Positions 41,901 through 54,299 of a stretch of 64,000 bases of DNA are shown piece by piece (the stretch's first letter is position 1; every line of letters starts with the position of its first letter). Origin of the DNA: Schmidtea polychroa (taxonomy: Eukaryota); assembly GCA_044892525.1 (NCBI GenBank), contig CM097885.1, forward strand, positions 50,346,001 through 50,410,000. The letters are read 5' to 3'. The notes beneath the pieces are model-generated. The model ran no database searches and was not told the origin of the DNA. It saw only the letters and a program-made list of their open reading frames with translations. The translations under genes were made by a program, and so were the position numbers.

Positions 41901-44900
41901 ATTACGCAAAACCACACTGAAACGATTGTTCCATCAATTTAACATTTAGCCTGAGAAAAATATGACTTTGGAAACTTTAAGGTAAATTTAACTTTAGAAA
42001 AATAATTATAATACTTTCCTTCGGAGCATTATCCAATGATGAGTCAAATACTTGATAAACATTTCCACATACTGACAAAAGAGATAAACGTATATGAAAC
42101 AACTGGAAAATTTATAGGCAATCTAACACTTCTAAAAGAGTATTAAGAACAATAAAACAAAAGTTCTCACTGAATGAGAGAATTTGTTCAATCTCTAGAA
42201 ATTTCATGTGGAAAAAGTTATAAGATTAAAGGATAAATCAATAAATTTCCTATTGAAAAATCCATTTTCTTAACCGTTTGCGGGCGGAATTAATTAATTA
42301 TAAGCCATTTAAGGCCAGCACTGCTGGCCTACCGTCCGCAAACGGTTAAAGAAGAAATTCTTTATGAAATTTGTCGATTGTTATTCTTCGAAATAAATTT
42401 ATAATACTTTTTCTTGTTATAAATCGTCATAAATATATTTTTGTAAACATTAATTTTTATTGTATTGTTTTTATTTAATGTACTTATTTTACTAATTGTG
42501 AAAATTCGTAAATAAAATTCTTTAATTCTCAAAATTCACAAAATTGCTGTAAAAAGAGATTTTTTCAATCTCGAGAATTTAAAAAGTCAAGAATCAACAA
42601 TCTGTTTAAATTTAAGACACATCAGAAGAATTTCATTGTAATTAATATCACAAGCTTTAATTGTACAAAACCATTTATCGTGTCCAATAACTTGAGATTG
42701 AGCCATGATTGAATTTAAAACATTGGATAATTGTTCAACACTTCGGCTAATAAACATTGGAATTGTGTTGATCTTTTTAAGAGCTCGATTGAATGGAATA
42801 TCATATTCATAAGTTAGCAAGTTTATCTTTTTATAGCTAATGTCATAAATGATTTCAGATAATCCACGAATATCTTTAAATCTTTGGGGAAATTTCATAA
42901 AATTATCTTGGAGTTCCTCTTCTGTCATTTCATGATTTACAGAAATTAAATCGTTGATTTCCAATCGTTTTGATAAACTTCCATTATTAATCTTCGCTAT
43001 ATTGCTCATTGAAATACGACATTTCAACCATTCATTATCATCCATATTTCAGCCAAGAACACAAAAAATTCCAATTGAGTTCAAATCAATTCATTTAACA
43101 AACCAACACTTAGAATTCAAAATTCATTCAAGAAAAAATATAAATCGATTGATTCAGCCAAACAATTATTATTTTCTACAACTTAATATATAAAAATCAT
43201 AAAAAGAAAATAAACCTACTTCTCGCGTCTGTGTGCGCACACCAACAAAATTCAATCTAATCATACCGCGCACACAGACGCGATACAAAAAACGCCAGAC
43301 AAACCGCCAGTCAGAGGTGAGTGACATTCCCCCTCTGACTGGTCGAAACAACAATCACTAATTGAATGTTTGTCTGTATTGCTCATAAGTCAATTATTTT
43401 AGATACTTTTCTACTAGAGTGAATCATTATTATTTGTAGTAGATTATTGTAGATTATAGTAGATTATATTAGATTTTCATAAAAATAATCAATTACTTCC
43501 TGGAATATAAGGAACACATGAAGTCAGTGGAAATACAACTCCACTTGGTATTATATAACGTTTTGAATTTAATAATAATTTATTAAAAATTAATAATTTA
43601 AAAGTAAAATATAGATGCCGATTAAATTTAAAATTCAAATTTTATGTGCAATAAAAATTGTTTTATTTACTGATACCGAGTCAAGGGAAGAATTTAAAAA
43701 ATTACCAGGTATCTTTTTAAGACAATAAAAGTTGATAATTAGGTTTTGATTTTGGCACAATTTATTAGAAAATTTTTAAGGAAACTTACTTTGACACGAT
43801 AATGAACTCCGTAAATTGCAGCTAAACATAAAAGAAACCAGATGGCTAGAGAACATAGTACAATTTCCCAGACGGGATTACCAACATTTAACGTTCCTGT
43901 GGCATTTATTGTTTTAAAACCATCATATCTTAAAATATATCATATATAATCTTTTTTTATAAAAATGGTTTTAGTAAACTTTATTCAAATATGAGTGTTT
44001 TAAAAAGAAAGTGATTATAGGTATCTTCGAATAGACTTCGAATAGGGTCTTAGAAAACTAACACTGGCTACCGATATACACTAAAACGCATATATGATGT
44101 GCATCGACATATGGAAAATTAAATGTTATATATTTTCATTAATTTTAAATTTTCTAAAGTTTTTAAAAATGTTCATTATATTTTTATGTTATCGTTTTAT
44201 TAAAATTAAAATTTCATATTTACAATGAATTTCAGATGATTTATGAATAGTTTTTGAAAACAGTTAGATTTATTAAATTGTCATTTAAATACATCTTTGA
44301 AGCTGTTCTAAAATGTTTTCGATTACAAGTAATTTCCGAAATTTTTTTTTATATATCATATATACTCGTGTATAAGCCGAAGTGAGTTTTTAGTCAATTT
44401 TTTGTCCAAAATCAAGTACCCGTATATAAGCCGAGGTAAAAAAAAATAGCTAAAATCTGGCTGGCAAAAAATATTGGTTTTTGTTACCCGTATATAAGCC
44501 GAATGGAAAAAATTAGCTTAAAAATTGCCCAAAATTTCTCGGCTTATACACGAGTATATACGGTAATTGTAATTGTATGTAATTTTCTACTTTTTCCGTG
44601 ACTTCGAACAATCTTTTTTGATCTATTTCTAAATATTCAAAAACAAATTAAATTTAAATTTAATATTTAAATTATAAATTACGTTTATCGATGATTTTTA
44701 TTTATATTTTCCCTAATTTCTGGTTACTTTTATCATTTTCTAAATTTTTAAATAAGTTTTAAATTGTAATTTTTAAAAATGAATTATAATTCAATTTGCA
44801 CTTCATTACTTCTATATTACTCATGGAAAGTTGGAATGGGATAAAACGCGAGAAAAATCCTCAACTTGTTTATTTTTTTATAATTAAAAAATTCCATTAT

Positions 44901-47900
44901 AAAGAATAGATTTTGTCTATGTTTATTTTTATGTTTATAAATTTTTATGTTTATGTTTATGTTTATGTTTATTAGTTTTCTCACCAAAATGCTAATAATT
45001 TATGCCAGTGTCCTTAAATTTACCATTATTTCAAATAGGTGTCTGTTTTTTCTATACATAATGATGTCCTTTTAATATTTAAAAGTGCTTGTTAAATATT
45101 TGAAGATTTAAATATTTAAAAACTAATTTTCGAAATTATTCTGACTTTTCTTAATTTAGAGAAAATTAGAAAAGTTCAGATTTTTAAAAGTTTAAATAAT
45201 TTTTTTGAATTAATGATACTTAATTTTACTGGTGGTTACACCAAATCAGTTAATATAGTAGAGAGGAGCGAAATTCGCAAAGGATTATTGCGGCCACTTT
45301 CCAAAAAGATTATATTTGAGTTCTAGACTTTAATAAGAGGAGATTTGATGGAAACAGCCAACTAAAAACTGAAAATGGTTATTCAATTTGGAGAAAATAA
45401 TACATACTTAAGATCAGCAGTTAATAACACTGTTAAAATCATTGCTGGATGAGGAAGAACAGGTCACGTGAAAAGAAATCAAACTCAATCAGAGGAAAGA
45501 AATGTCTGATAACGAAGCAAGGATATGGTTTTTAGAAACATTCACGAAACATTCTTTTGCGCAGCTTGCTTGTTATTCGTTTGTGCTTCTTCCGAAATAT
45601 CGTGTACTTGATGTTTGAGTCTAGAATTAGCGTGTAACGTTATTTTTCGTCCATATACTATCTCAAATGGTGAATATTTTGTAGAGCTTTGATAAGTTGC
45701 ATTTATACTGAATTTAATTCAATGTCGCAGTTTGTGCCACTGTTTTTCAGCACAGCCCCCGTTCATCATCGACACAAGTAAATCTCTCATTGTTCTGATA
45801 GCTCTTTCCACTAAACAAGGGGTCCCCAAACTAAGGCCCGCGCAATAGTTTTTTATGGCCCACTCAAATACAAATAACTAAAATTAAAAATATTTTTAGA
45901 AAAATTTAAAATAAACTAAGAATTTTTTTTTACATTTTTTTAAAAAATATTTTTAAAAACACTACAAGCTTAAATATATTATATTACTACTCTATTTAAA
46001 ATTTTAAATCTAGGCGTCTGTTAACTTCCTTACGTTGCATAAGATTTATTTTTTGCTAAACTCGTAAAAACTATTTCTCAGAACTTTGAAATTTTTTTTT
46101 TGAAAAAAAACGTTATTTTCCTATGATAACAACCAAGTAAACTATATTTAGCACGAACTTCTATATTTATCGAAAATTCATGAAAGTTAAATGATTACTG
46201 ATAGATCAATTAGTGTTCAATTTTTTAAGAATATAGTAATTGTTTCATTGTTTGTTAATTTATTGTGAAAATAATAAAAATTTTAATAATTAAAATAGTA
46301 ATAACAGCTATATAATGATGTCGAAAAAAGAAAAGTAGATAATGAACGCCGCATATTTAATGAGCCATGGTCAATTGATTATTTTTTTACATTAGTTAAT
46401 AATAATTGTATATGTCTGATTTGTAGAGATAAAATAGCAGTATTAAAAGATTACAATTTGAAAAGCACTACACTACCAAACATAGTATGAAGTTTGATCA
46501 GTTTAAAGATGATTTGCGTAAAAAAATGTTAAGCGAGCTTAAGAACGATTTTCACGGTCAGAAAAACATATTACGAAAATTCACAAAACTAAATCTTTCC
46601 GCAGTCAAAGCCAGTTACTGAGTCGCAAACATTATTGCTGCGAAAGGCCGACCTTTTACTTATGGCGAATTTGTCAAAAAATGTGTTCTAGAAATGGCTG
46701 AAGAGCTATGCCCAGAGTCGGTAAAATATTTTTCTGCTGTTAGCTTATCTTCGAGCACTATCACGAGGCGAGTTGAGGACTTAGGTGCTGATATGTGTTG
46801 CCAGCTCAAAGGAAAGGCGGTTGATTTTTCATATTTTTCAATTGCAATTGATGAGAGTGAAGATGTAGGTCATACCGCTCAGTTGCTTATTTTTAATCGA
46901 GGCATTAATAAGAATTTTGAGGTAATTGAAGAGCTTGCTGCACTAAAAAGTTTGACAGGTACTACAACTGGTGAAAACATATTTTTAAAAGTATCGGAAA
47001 TTATGGAAGAACTCAAATTAAAATGGGAATCAATTTCATGCATTCACAGATGGTGCCAAAAATATGGTCGGTAAAAATATGGTATTAATAGGTCATATTA
47101 AAACTGTATTTGAAACTAATAACAACATGAAGCCAATGCAATTACACTGCATAATTCATCAGCAATCACTCTGTGGAAAAAGTCTGAGTTTAAGTTCCGT
47201 CATGTCAGTTGTCATTTCCACACTAAACTTTATACGTAAAAAAGTATTGTATCACCGCCAGTTTAAAACTTTCCTGGAAACTGTTTAAGCTGAATATGGT
47301 GATTTGTTATATCACAGTGAAGTAAGGTAGTTAAGTCGCGGCAAAGTCCTGAAACGGTTTTTTGAACTTCAAGCTGAAATTGACATTTTTATGACAGAAA
47401 AGTTAAAACCCGTTGCAGAACTATCTGATCCTGCGTGGTTATGGGATCTAGCCTTTTTAACAGATATAACCAAACATCTCAATATCCTCAATTTAAAATT
47501 ACAAGGCAAAGGTAAACTTATACATGAACTATTTATCGATGTCAAATCTTTCAGATCAAGATTGGAATTTTTTAAAAGAAAATTTCAACAAAATAATTTC
47601 ACACATTTTCAATCTTGTGAATATTTATGGAAAAATGGATCAAAAGATAAGAAAATAGTTTTTCTATTAATAGAAGTATCGACAATATTGCATTGCTTCA
47701 AAATGAATTAAACAAAAGATTTTCTGATTTCTTTCGAAATGAAACAATATTTACTTTGTTCCAAAATCCTTTTGAAGTTAAAGTGGATGACATGGATCCC
47801 AATTTACAATTAGAATTAATTGATTTGCAATCAAACGATACAATGAAATCACTCTTTAAAAATGAAAACATAAGCACATTTTATTCACTTTTGCCGGAAA

Positions 47901-50453
47901 ATACTTTCAGCAATATTAAAAATTTTGCCAGGAAAATAATTTCAATATTTAGAAGCACCTATATCTGCGAGCAAGCCTTTTCACGAATGAAATATATAAA
48001 ATCAAAATTACAATCAAGACTGACGGATGACCATTTGAAGGATTTTTTAAAAATAAGCGTATCTAATTTCAAAGCAAATATAAATAATGTCATTGAAAGA
48101 TCAAACAACCAGGCTCATTGTTCACATTAATTTTTTTTAATAATAATATATGTAGTTTTTGTAGTTTTTTTTGTGCGAATATTTTAAATAAAAAATAATT
48201 TTTCTTAAATTGATTTATATTTCTTTATAATATAATATTATAGTAGCAATTGTTGGGAATCATTCCATGGTTTCCCGATGGAGGTGAAGATGAAGGAGAA
48301 TCATAATGTTTATTTAAATTCGTCGTCTATTCACATTTGACTTCTGATGGAACGATAACCAATAATCTTAAAGGGGTAATAATGATGGGACTGATTAGGA
48401 AACTAACTTTAAGTTAATGATTAGTTATGCTAAACCTCTAATTGGTTCCAACAGTAATATATAAAATATTGAAAACTTTGATACGGCCCGTTGAACTAAT
48501 GAAATATTTTTATGTGGCCCTCTTCTTAAAAACATTGGGGACATCTGCACTAAACCGTTCGACTGATATTGATATGGCTAGGCGAATTCCTGCTTTATTC
48601 AAAGTTGTTCTAATTTTTCCTTCAAATATTTGCTTTCAAAATTTCGATCTCTATCTGTCAATATACTTTGAGGTTTATCATATTTGTAAATCCAATTGTT
48701 CCAAGATTGTAAAATGAAAGCTGTGGTCTATATCTACCAAGGACACAAACCTTTCTCATGGGCAATGGTTTTGTTGTGGAAAATGAACACAGAAGATTAA
48801 AATGCTAAAAAAAAATTTTCATCTCTGAGAAAAAGGTCATGTATTTTGCAATTGCTATTTGTTATAAACAATCCAGTAATGCACACACAGAAAAGCAGTC
48901 AATGCATTTAGAACAGAAAGTGGAAGTTAAAATTATTATTTTAAAAATTTATTTAAAAAATTATTTATTAAAAGCTAACGTGATGGAAAATCCAAGAGCG
49001 CAAGGAATCTTCAAGTAGTATTAGTAAAGAAAGAAGAAGAGTCAATAAAGATGTGTATGGACTACAGAGGATTGAATGTCATTAAAAACAGAATTATTCT
49101 TAATGCCCGACACACAAACATTATCAGATTATTTTGCAAATTCAAAATATTTTTTCTCCATAAACTTAGGATAAGCATATTATCAAGTAAGGTCTTTGAG
49201 TGATGGAAGGAAATAAAAAGTACCTGTGATGTACATTCAATGATGTTATCTTGAAGGATGAAATTGGTGATACCATTCTGCCATTATTATCACAGATATC
49301 AACTGTTGAAGAAATTAATTTACATGATTTGAGAATTCGAAGGATAAAGATGAACAACAAGAGCTAGATCGTAATAAAATGATATCGCTTATAAATGCAA
49401 ATTTTGATTGAAATGAGGATGATTCGGACATCAAAAAGTCTATTTAAACGAAAATATATAAGAAATCTCATAATGGGAAAGAGTTGGTAATTTTGAATCC
49501 GTTTTAAAATACATGAAAAGACAAGATGAATTCACACTAACTCAGTGGTGCCCAACCTAGTGCCCGCGGGCAAAAAAGTGCCCATGGAGACTTTTTCAAA
49601 TGCCCGTGGGTGTTTTTCTAAATACGGTTAAAGAAAATATCAATTTTTAACATTAAGTCTTAATGTTAAAAATTAATTAAAATTAACTAATTTTTCAAAA
49701 ATGTGCCCGCAAAGACTTTTTCATTTAAATAGTTGCCCACTTGATAAAAAGGTTGGGCACCACTGCACTAACTGATCATGTTTTAATTAAGCATTCGAGG
49801 GATCTAGCTGCATGAAAGAAGTGAAAGGAAGCAAAATAAACCCTTTCAACTGACTTTATTCTAAAATAAAAAAACAATTGGGACCGAATAATGATAATTT
49901 TTAAATTGAATGGAAACTCACTCTAAAAACCTTTGACTGCTTAAATTTGGATCTGGTATTTGCACTAGAATATAAGTTATTAAAATGATTTACAAAAACT
50001 TAAACTTGAATCCGGAGACCAAGGCAAATTTGGTTTGAAAGTCAAACAGAAATATCTTAAAGCCCATATAACATACATGGCATAAGTAAAGATTCCATTA
50101 ACTGTCAAAGCAACCATACCAATACCCAGAGCTATTAGAATATATTGAAAGTACAATAATAAATATTGTTTAAAATGTTTACCTTTTAATAGTGGACTGA
50201 ATCCCCAACATTCAATGCATCCTCTACTTGTAAGTTGCCCAACATAAACCTCTAATAAAAACAAAGGCAGCCCCAAAACAAAATAAAATATTGTATATGG
50301 AATAAAAAATGCAGCAGTATATTTGTATACTAAATATGGCATTTTGATGATCCCACCTATCCCAACTATGTATCCAATCATGACAAAGATGTATTCAATT
50401 CTTTGTGAAGTCCGCTGAGGATTCAAGTTTCTTGAATGATCTTCATTTGTATC
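23966..50453 (-). CDS. Divergent SLC6 (sodium:neurotransmitter symporter family) transporter, multi-exon; start exon and TM7 exon not located
   Basis: Exons at 50183-50453, 49994-50131, 49922-49964, 43790-43928, 40925-41136, 40872-40894, 30603-31074, 25665-25850, 23966-24067; motifs IGYIVGIG..MPY, FFIPY..GLPLFLLE..VGQ, KVVYFTVTIPY, WADAAIQI, GFIAVPQAI, TNGGLYLFHIFD, PWYP; two apparent 1-nt frameshifts. Confidence 0.88.
24661..25153. mobile_element. hAT (Blackjack-like) MITE
   Basis: TIR TAGGCTTGCCAACTC/GAGTTGGCAACCTA; TSD ACCATTAG; CTCCCG subterminal repeats. Confidence 0.88.
26640..27894 (-). pseudogene. Decayed Polinton minor capsid gene in an SLC6 intron
   Basis: NGNWKVAFLDFTF and KPKIIKLHQQMFIY...IENPMYLPVSTLCINNIEIN match the 11770-12789 protein; frameshifts, stops and a MITE insertion. 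Confidence 0.88.
27193..27505. mobile_element. hAT MITE inserted in the capsid pseudogene
   Basis: TIR CAACGTTCCCTCTAAGC/GCTTAGAGGGAACATTG; TSD ATTGTAAT. Confidence 0.9.
27999..28377. mobile_element. hAT MITE
   Basis: TIR CAGTGCTCGAAGTG/CACTTCGAGCACTG; TSD TTAATTAG. Confidence 0.9.
28751..30477 (-). mobile_element. Internally deleted hAT (Tip100/Zaphod-like) transposon
   Basis: TIR CAGGGCCG/CGGCCCTG; TSD ATAATTAC/ATAATTAT; transposase remnant SEHEQSKNHKDCYLVWR (TTF zinc-finger-like); nested inverted repeat ~29945-30066. Confidence 0.8.
33982..35594 (+). mobile_element. pogo/Tigger transposon, decayed
   Basis: TIR CAGTTGCCGCCGCTTATT/AATAAGCGGCGGCCACTG, TA TSD; RKDLTLKEKVQII HTH and FLPANTTTLIQPCDQGIIRTLKAYYR; frameshifts and internal deletion. 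Confidence 0.92.
37294..39946 (+). mobile_element. Tc1-type transposon, decayed, carrying a nested LTR
   Basis: ~50-bp TIRs CAGTGAGCAAAAAA.../...TTTTTTGTTCACTG, TA TSD; GRPRKT, WSDESK, FQQDNDP, WPSQSPDLNPIEHLW. Confidence 0.92.
37614..38674. mobile_element. Solo LTR (Gypsy-like)
   Basis: TGTTG...CAACA termini with 4-bp TSD ATTT; related sequences start at 51554 and 53342. Confidence 0.75.
39990..40788 (-). mobile_element. pogo/Tigger-like remnant
   Basis: Minus-strand NLLSAICLIREAWLMVTLEIILNCFNKA resembles the DDE_1 C-terminus; CAGTGAAATTCG-type end with TA at ~40788. Confidence 0.55.
41238..41353 (-). mobile_element. Partial copy of the TTAA-type MITE at 50595
   Basis: TTAA+CACTTTCAGTGCCA; reverse-complement similarity to 50720-50831. 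Confidence 0.65.
42274..42345. mobile_element. 72-bp piggyBac-type mini-element
   Basis: TTAA on both sides; 14-bp TIR CCGTTTGCGG(G/A)CGG; internal hairpin AGGCCAGCA-C-TGCTGGCCT. Confidence 0.8.
42587..43045 (-). CDS. Uncharacterised 152-aa intronless ORF nested in an SLC6 intron
   Basis: Uninterrupted ATG-to-TGA frame with globular-looking composition in very AT-rich DNA; no family recognised. Confidence 0.5.
   Translation of the reverse strand: MDDNEWLKCRISMSNIAKINNGSLSKRLEINDLISVNHEMTEEELQDNFMKFPQRFKDIRGLSEIIYDISYKKINLLTYEYDIPFNRALKKINTIPMFISRSVEQLSNVLNSIMAQSQVIGHDKWFCTIKACDINYNEILLMCLKFKQIVDS
43223..43350. ncRNA. Candidate structured RNA: two GC-rich hairpins
   Basis: Perfect 16-bp stem 43223-43238/43268-43283 and 11-bp stem 43307-43317/43332-43342. 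Confidence 0.35.
44356..44563. mobile_element. Tc1/mariner-superfamily (Tc2-like) MITE
   Basis: TIR TATATACTCGTGTATAAGCCGA/TCGGCTTATACACGAGTATATACGG; internal CCCGTATATAAGCCGA repeats; TA flank. Confidence 0.8.
45480..48790 (-). mobile_element. Gypsy integrase remnant split by a hAT insertion
   Basis: Removing the hAT restores PYQYQSNGLVERAIRTMRD...INATYQSSTKYSPFEIVYGR; upstream TDRDRNFESK. Confidence 0.75.
45817..48547 (+). mobile_element. hAT (Charlie/SPIN, GTF2IRD2-like) transposon, near full length but decayed
   Basis: TSD CACTAAAC; TIR AAGGGGTCCCCAA/TTGGGGACATCTG; FSIAIDESED, HCIIHQQSLC, WLWDLAFLTDIT, STYICEQAFSRMK; stops and frameshifts. Confidence 0.93.
48970..49200 (+). mobile_element. 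Gypsy reverse transcriptase fragment
   Basis: VVLVKKEEESIKMCMDYRGLN and YFFSINLG*AYYQV. Confidence 0.7.
49543..49765. mobile_element. hAT (Charlie-type) MITE
   Basis: TIR CAGTGGTGCCCAACCT/AGGTTGGGCACCACTG; TSD CACTAACT. Confidence 0.92.
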
Positions 50454-50594
50454 CTGTGAAATATTTATTTTAATATCTTAATAAAAGTAAAAGTTAAAAG
50501 ATTTTTTAATAATTCTTTTACATTAACCTCCTCTCAAAATACTTAATGGATTTTTTCTTATTACAGGGTTTTTAACTTAATTTAATTCTTTTTA

Positions 50595-50831
50595 CACTCT
50601 CAGGGCCATGTCAGTCATTTTTGACTGACAGTGCTTTGCCGCTCGCACCATAACCACAATATTTTTCTGTCACCTTCTCAATTCCTATAATAAAGTTAGT
50701 AAATTTCATTTAACATATTCTGTGTCAGGTCGATTCGTCTGGCAGAGACTTTTTTTAAATTAAACTTGTCAGGTCAATGTGTCTGACAATAACATGTTAA
50801 AAAGGCCTGTTTTTCTGTGGCACTGAGAGTG
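50595..50831. mobile_element. piggyBac-type MITE
   Basis: TIR CACTCTCAGGGCCA/TGGCACTGAGAGTG; TTTA/TTAA flanks. Confidence 0.75.
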
Positions 50832-51553
50832 TTAAAGTTTAACCTAATCCCTTTAAAATTTAAGTTTATCTTTATAAAATTTATTTTAATCCCTTGCAAA
50901 ATGTATTGATTATAAGGTTATAAAGTTTATGAAAAGAAGACATGTTTTTTAGAAAAATTTCGAACCGTGAGAGTTAATAATTCGTAAATATTATGACGGT
51001 AAAAATCCTAACCAAATCTCTGGTGATTTAGAATTAAATAATAAAACTGCTACATCAATAATAAAACTTTATAGAGATACAGGAAGAATTGCGGCTAAAA
51101 CTACAAGACAGTCAATAACTACTTTGATAACGGAGGATGCTAAAATTTGTACTATTATAATTAGTGCTTTATATTTTGCTATTGTAATGTTTCAAGAACC
51201 TACAAAAATATATTTTAAATAAAACAATAATCGTAAATTGCCTATAAATTTTGCAAGGAGACATTTCTACCTCAAAAAGGAATCACAAAATAAATGCACT
51301 GAAAATACACAATAAGAGTTTTGGATGGGAAATTAAAAAGAATTTATATATTTTATATCAAAAACTTCGAAATATGAAAATTTTAAGGTGGTTTTAAAAA
51401 TAAATATGAAAATCTTAGCTACAATGATTTATTTAAATTTTTGTTATTTTCTCTGTAAGTTTTTAGAACTTTCATTGCGGAATTGTTGATACTGTAGAGA
51501 CATACCATTAATTCGAATAAAGAATTTATTCAAATTAACATTGCAGTTAATAT

Positions 51554-51845
51554 TGTTGGGTTTTTAATGTAAGTCGGTACTACTATCTGACTCCTTTGTG
51601 TTCTTTTCAAAATAAATAAACGACCCAACACAAAATCTTTATTGACACTAATGCAGTTACACTTTTACACTTTTTATTAGTTTACTCACACTTGATACAA
51701 TCAGGTTTTGTCTGCACTTTTCAATTTGCCAACAAATCTCACACAGGAATAGATCTTCCAACGGGAGATGTCCATTTCATTTACGTTCGATTTTTAAATT
51801 ATTTATTTTCTACTAACTTTAATGTTTCCTTGCTTTTCCTAGACT
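51554..51845. mobile_element. Partial LTR-like repeat
   Basis: Starts TGTTGGG; ~280 bp similar to the copies at 53342 and 37614. Confidence 0.6.
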
Positions 51846-53341
51846 TTTTTAATTAATTTAATAATATATTTTTAGTTCAATTATTAAATGGATTAAAGGG
51901 CTAGTCAGAGGCACTACAGATACTACTGACTTGATAATCAGCTGGTGTTTTTATGGATAAAATCCTAATGCATTAAAATAACATTTTAGATTTATGAAGT
52001 GAAAGTACAAATTGCAAATATCTGAGTTGGTTTAATAAAAAGACTTAAGATTAAAATCCTTTTACAGAAATTTACATTAAAATCAAAAGTAGCATCCTCT
52101 TCTGATTAACCCTTACAATACTATTTATCTTTTAATTCATGAACATTTTATTTCACAGAAGTTTTATCGTCAACTAAGTATAACAAAAAGATTTTGCAGG
52201 AATAAACTTGTCTAGGGACCTATGATCATGCAGTACTTAATCCCAGATCCCAATATATTTGTAAGCATTTAATATACTTTTAGTATATATCAGAACTTCT
52301 CGGGGACAATATGTCCCTACAAAAATGAAAGGGTTACATATAAAGAATGGAAATAAAATGATTTCAAAATATTTATATTTCTATCCAGATTTTAAAAATG
52401 CACATTTAAACAAAATACTAACCAGATTTTCACAATTCGATTCAATATAGGCATTGTTGACTTCATAATGGATGTCGGGTTGTTGTCTGATTTCATTAAA
52501 ATTTCTATTAAAATTTCGATTCTCCACAATGTCGCAATCAAATTCACTCATTTTATTTAATTGAAAATTAATGAATTAAAATCTATAAAATCATTGAAGG
52601 CTCTTGAAAACCAAATTCAATTAACCGTGAAAAATCTAAAAATTTCAACGCAAATCTGGCATTGTTTAGAAAATTATTATATTTCTGAATAGAAGTGATA
52701 TAATAAACAGAGCTTGACCACCACCGGATAGATCTTGAAGGTCTTTCAATGACATTCAAAATTCGTTTATAAAATAGTTTTTATTATAATTTTAGTAGAT
52801 GGACTGCAGCCTGCTGCTCCTCTCCTCTAGAAAATATCTGTCAACGCAGAATATTTTGTAGTTCACTAATATATATGGTGTGTATATTATAAAAAATGTT
52901 TGGTTGCTACGGAAATTAGGTCCAAAGTATCACAATTAAATATAAGTCATGCCATAATATAACAACTTTCATATATTATCAAACTAATACAAACTTATGC
53001 TATAGAATTAAATTCATATTTTTGAAAACAGAAAGACAGTGAATAGAAAATACTTCGATAATTTTGAAAAGTATTTGAGTCAAGCCACTCTAAATTTTTA
53101 AAATTTATACATGTAAAATGGAGGGGTATTTTTATTTTTATTATTTTTATTATAGGAAATAATCAATCCCCAGCGCCACCATTAGTTACCACGCACTGGT
53201 TAGCAACAGAGGTCCCCCCTTTACCGCCCCCACCTTCAAGGTCAAGTCGCGATTATTTATTGTGGCGGTTAGTGATTTTTAAATTTTTCATAATTAAAAA
53301 GTGCAAATATTGATTTTTAAGTGAAATTTTACTTTGTCTTT

Positions 53342-54000
53342 TGTTGGGTATTTTGTGCAAGTTGGTATTACTGTCTGACTCCTTTGTGTTCTTTTCAAAA
53401 TAAATAAAAGACCCAACACAAAATCTTTATTTAAGACTGATACAGTTACACTTTAGTTACACTTTTATTAATTCAACCACACTTGATACAACCCTTTTTG
53501 GTCTGTACTTTTCAAAACAACTAAAAATCTCATGCAGGGATAGATTTTCCAACGGGAGATGTCCTTTCTGGTACGTTCGATTTAAATTATTCAATCGCTA
53601 CTAACTTTAACGTTTTCTTTGTCGCTCTCGCTAAAGTTCTTGTTTTCTTTTTCTTCGACCAACTGGCAATTTTGTTTTCTTGCCAGTCGCTTTTATACCC
53701 ATTCTATAATTTTACTTTGCAATTTAGTCTGGATCCAACTTTCCCCCGGGCTTCCTCTTGTAGCTCTAATTTGCTTTGAGGAATTTGCCCGTTTCCTTTG
53801 ACGGCTCGCTCCAATTTAATTTTAGTCGGCTAATTTAATTGCTTTTCCTAATTTGATTGATAATTCAGGTTCCCAGAAATCTCTCGGATTTTCCATTGTC
53901 TCGGGTTTCCCATTAGCTCGGGTTCTCCATTAGCTCGGGTTCTCCATTAGCTCGGGTTCTCCATTAGTTAATTAATTTTTGCATTTTGTAATTTATTCCT
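53342..54000. mobile_element. Partial LTR-like repeat
   Basis: Starts TGTTGGG; shares CTCGGGTTTCCCATTAG tandem units with the 37614 LTR. Confidence 0.6.
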
Positions 54001-54299
54001 TCTAGGGACCCCCCCCTATTGATTTTATTTTATTAGTTCTCATTTTAACCAATAGAGATTGAGAAACAATACAAGTCATAGGAAGTCACTACGATTTTGT
54101 CCATATTTTGGTTATATTTATTCAATTAAAAAATTGTAATTGTTAGTGAAAGTGTTGAATTTATTGTTGTGTAAAATTTATTATTAACGGTAATTTTTAA
54201 AAATAGGTTTTATCATATTTTTACATTGTTTTACATTGTTTTTGCATTGTTGAAAATACCAATAACTGTCGAAAAGCGTTCAAGAGTCATCTGGAACGT

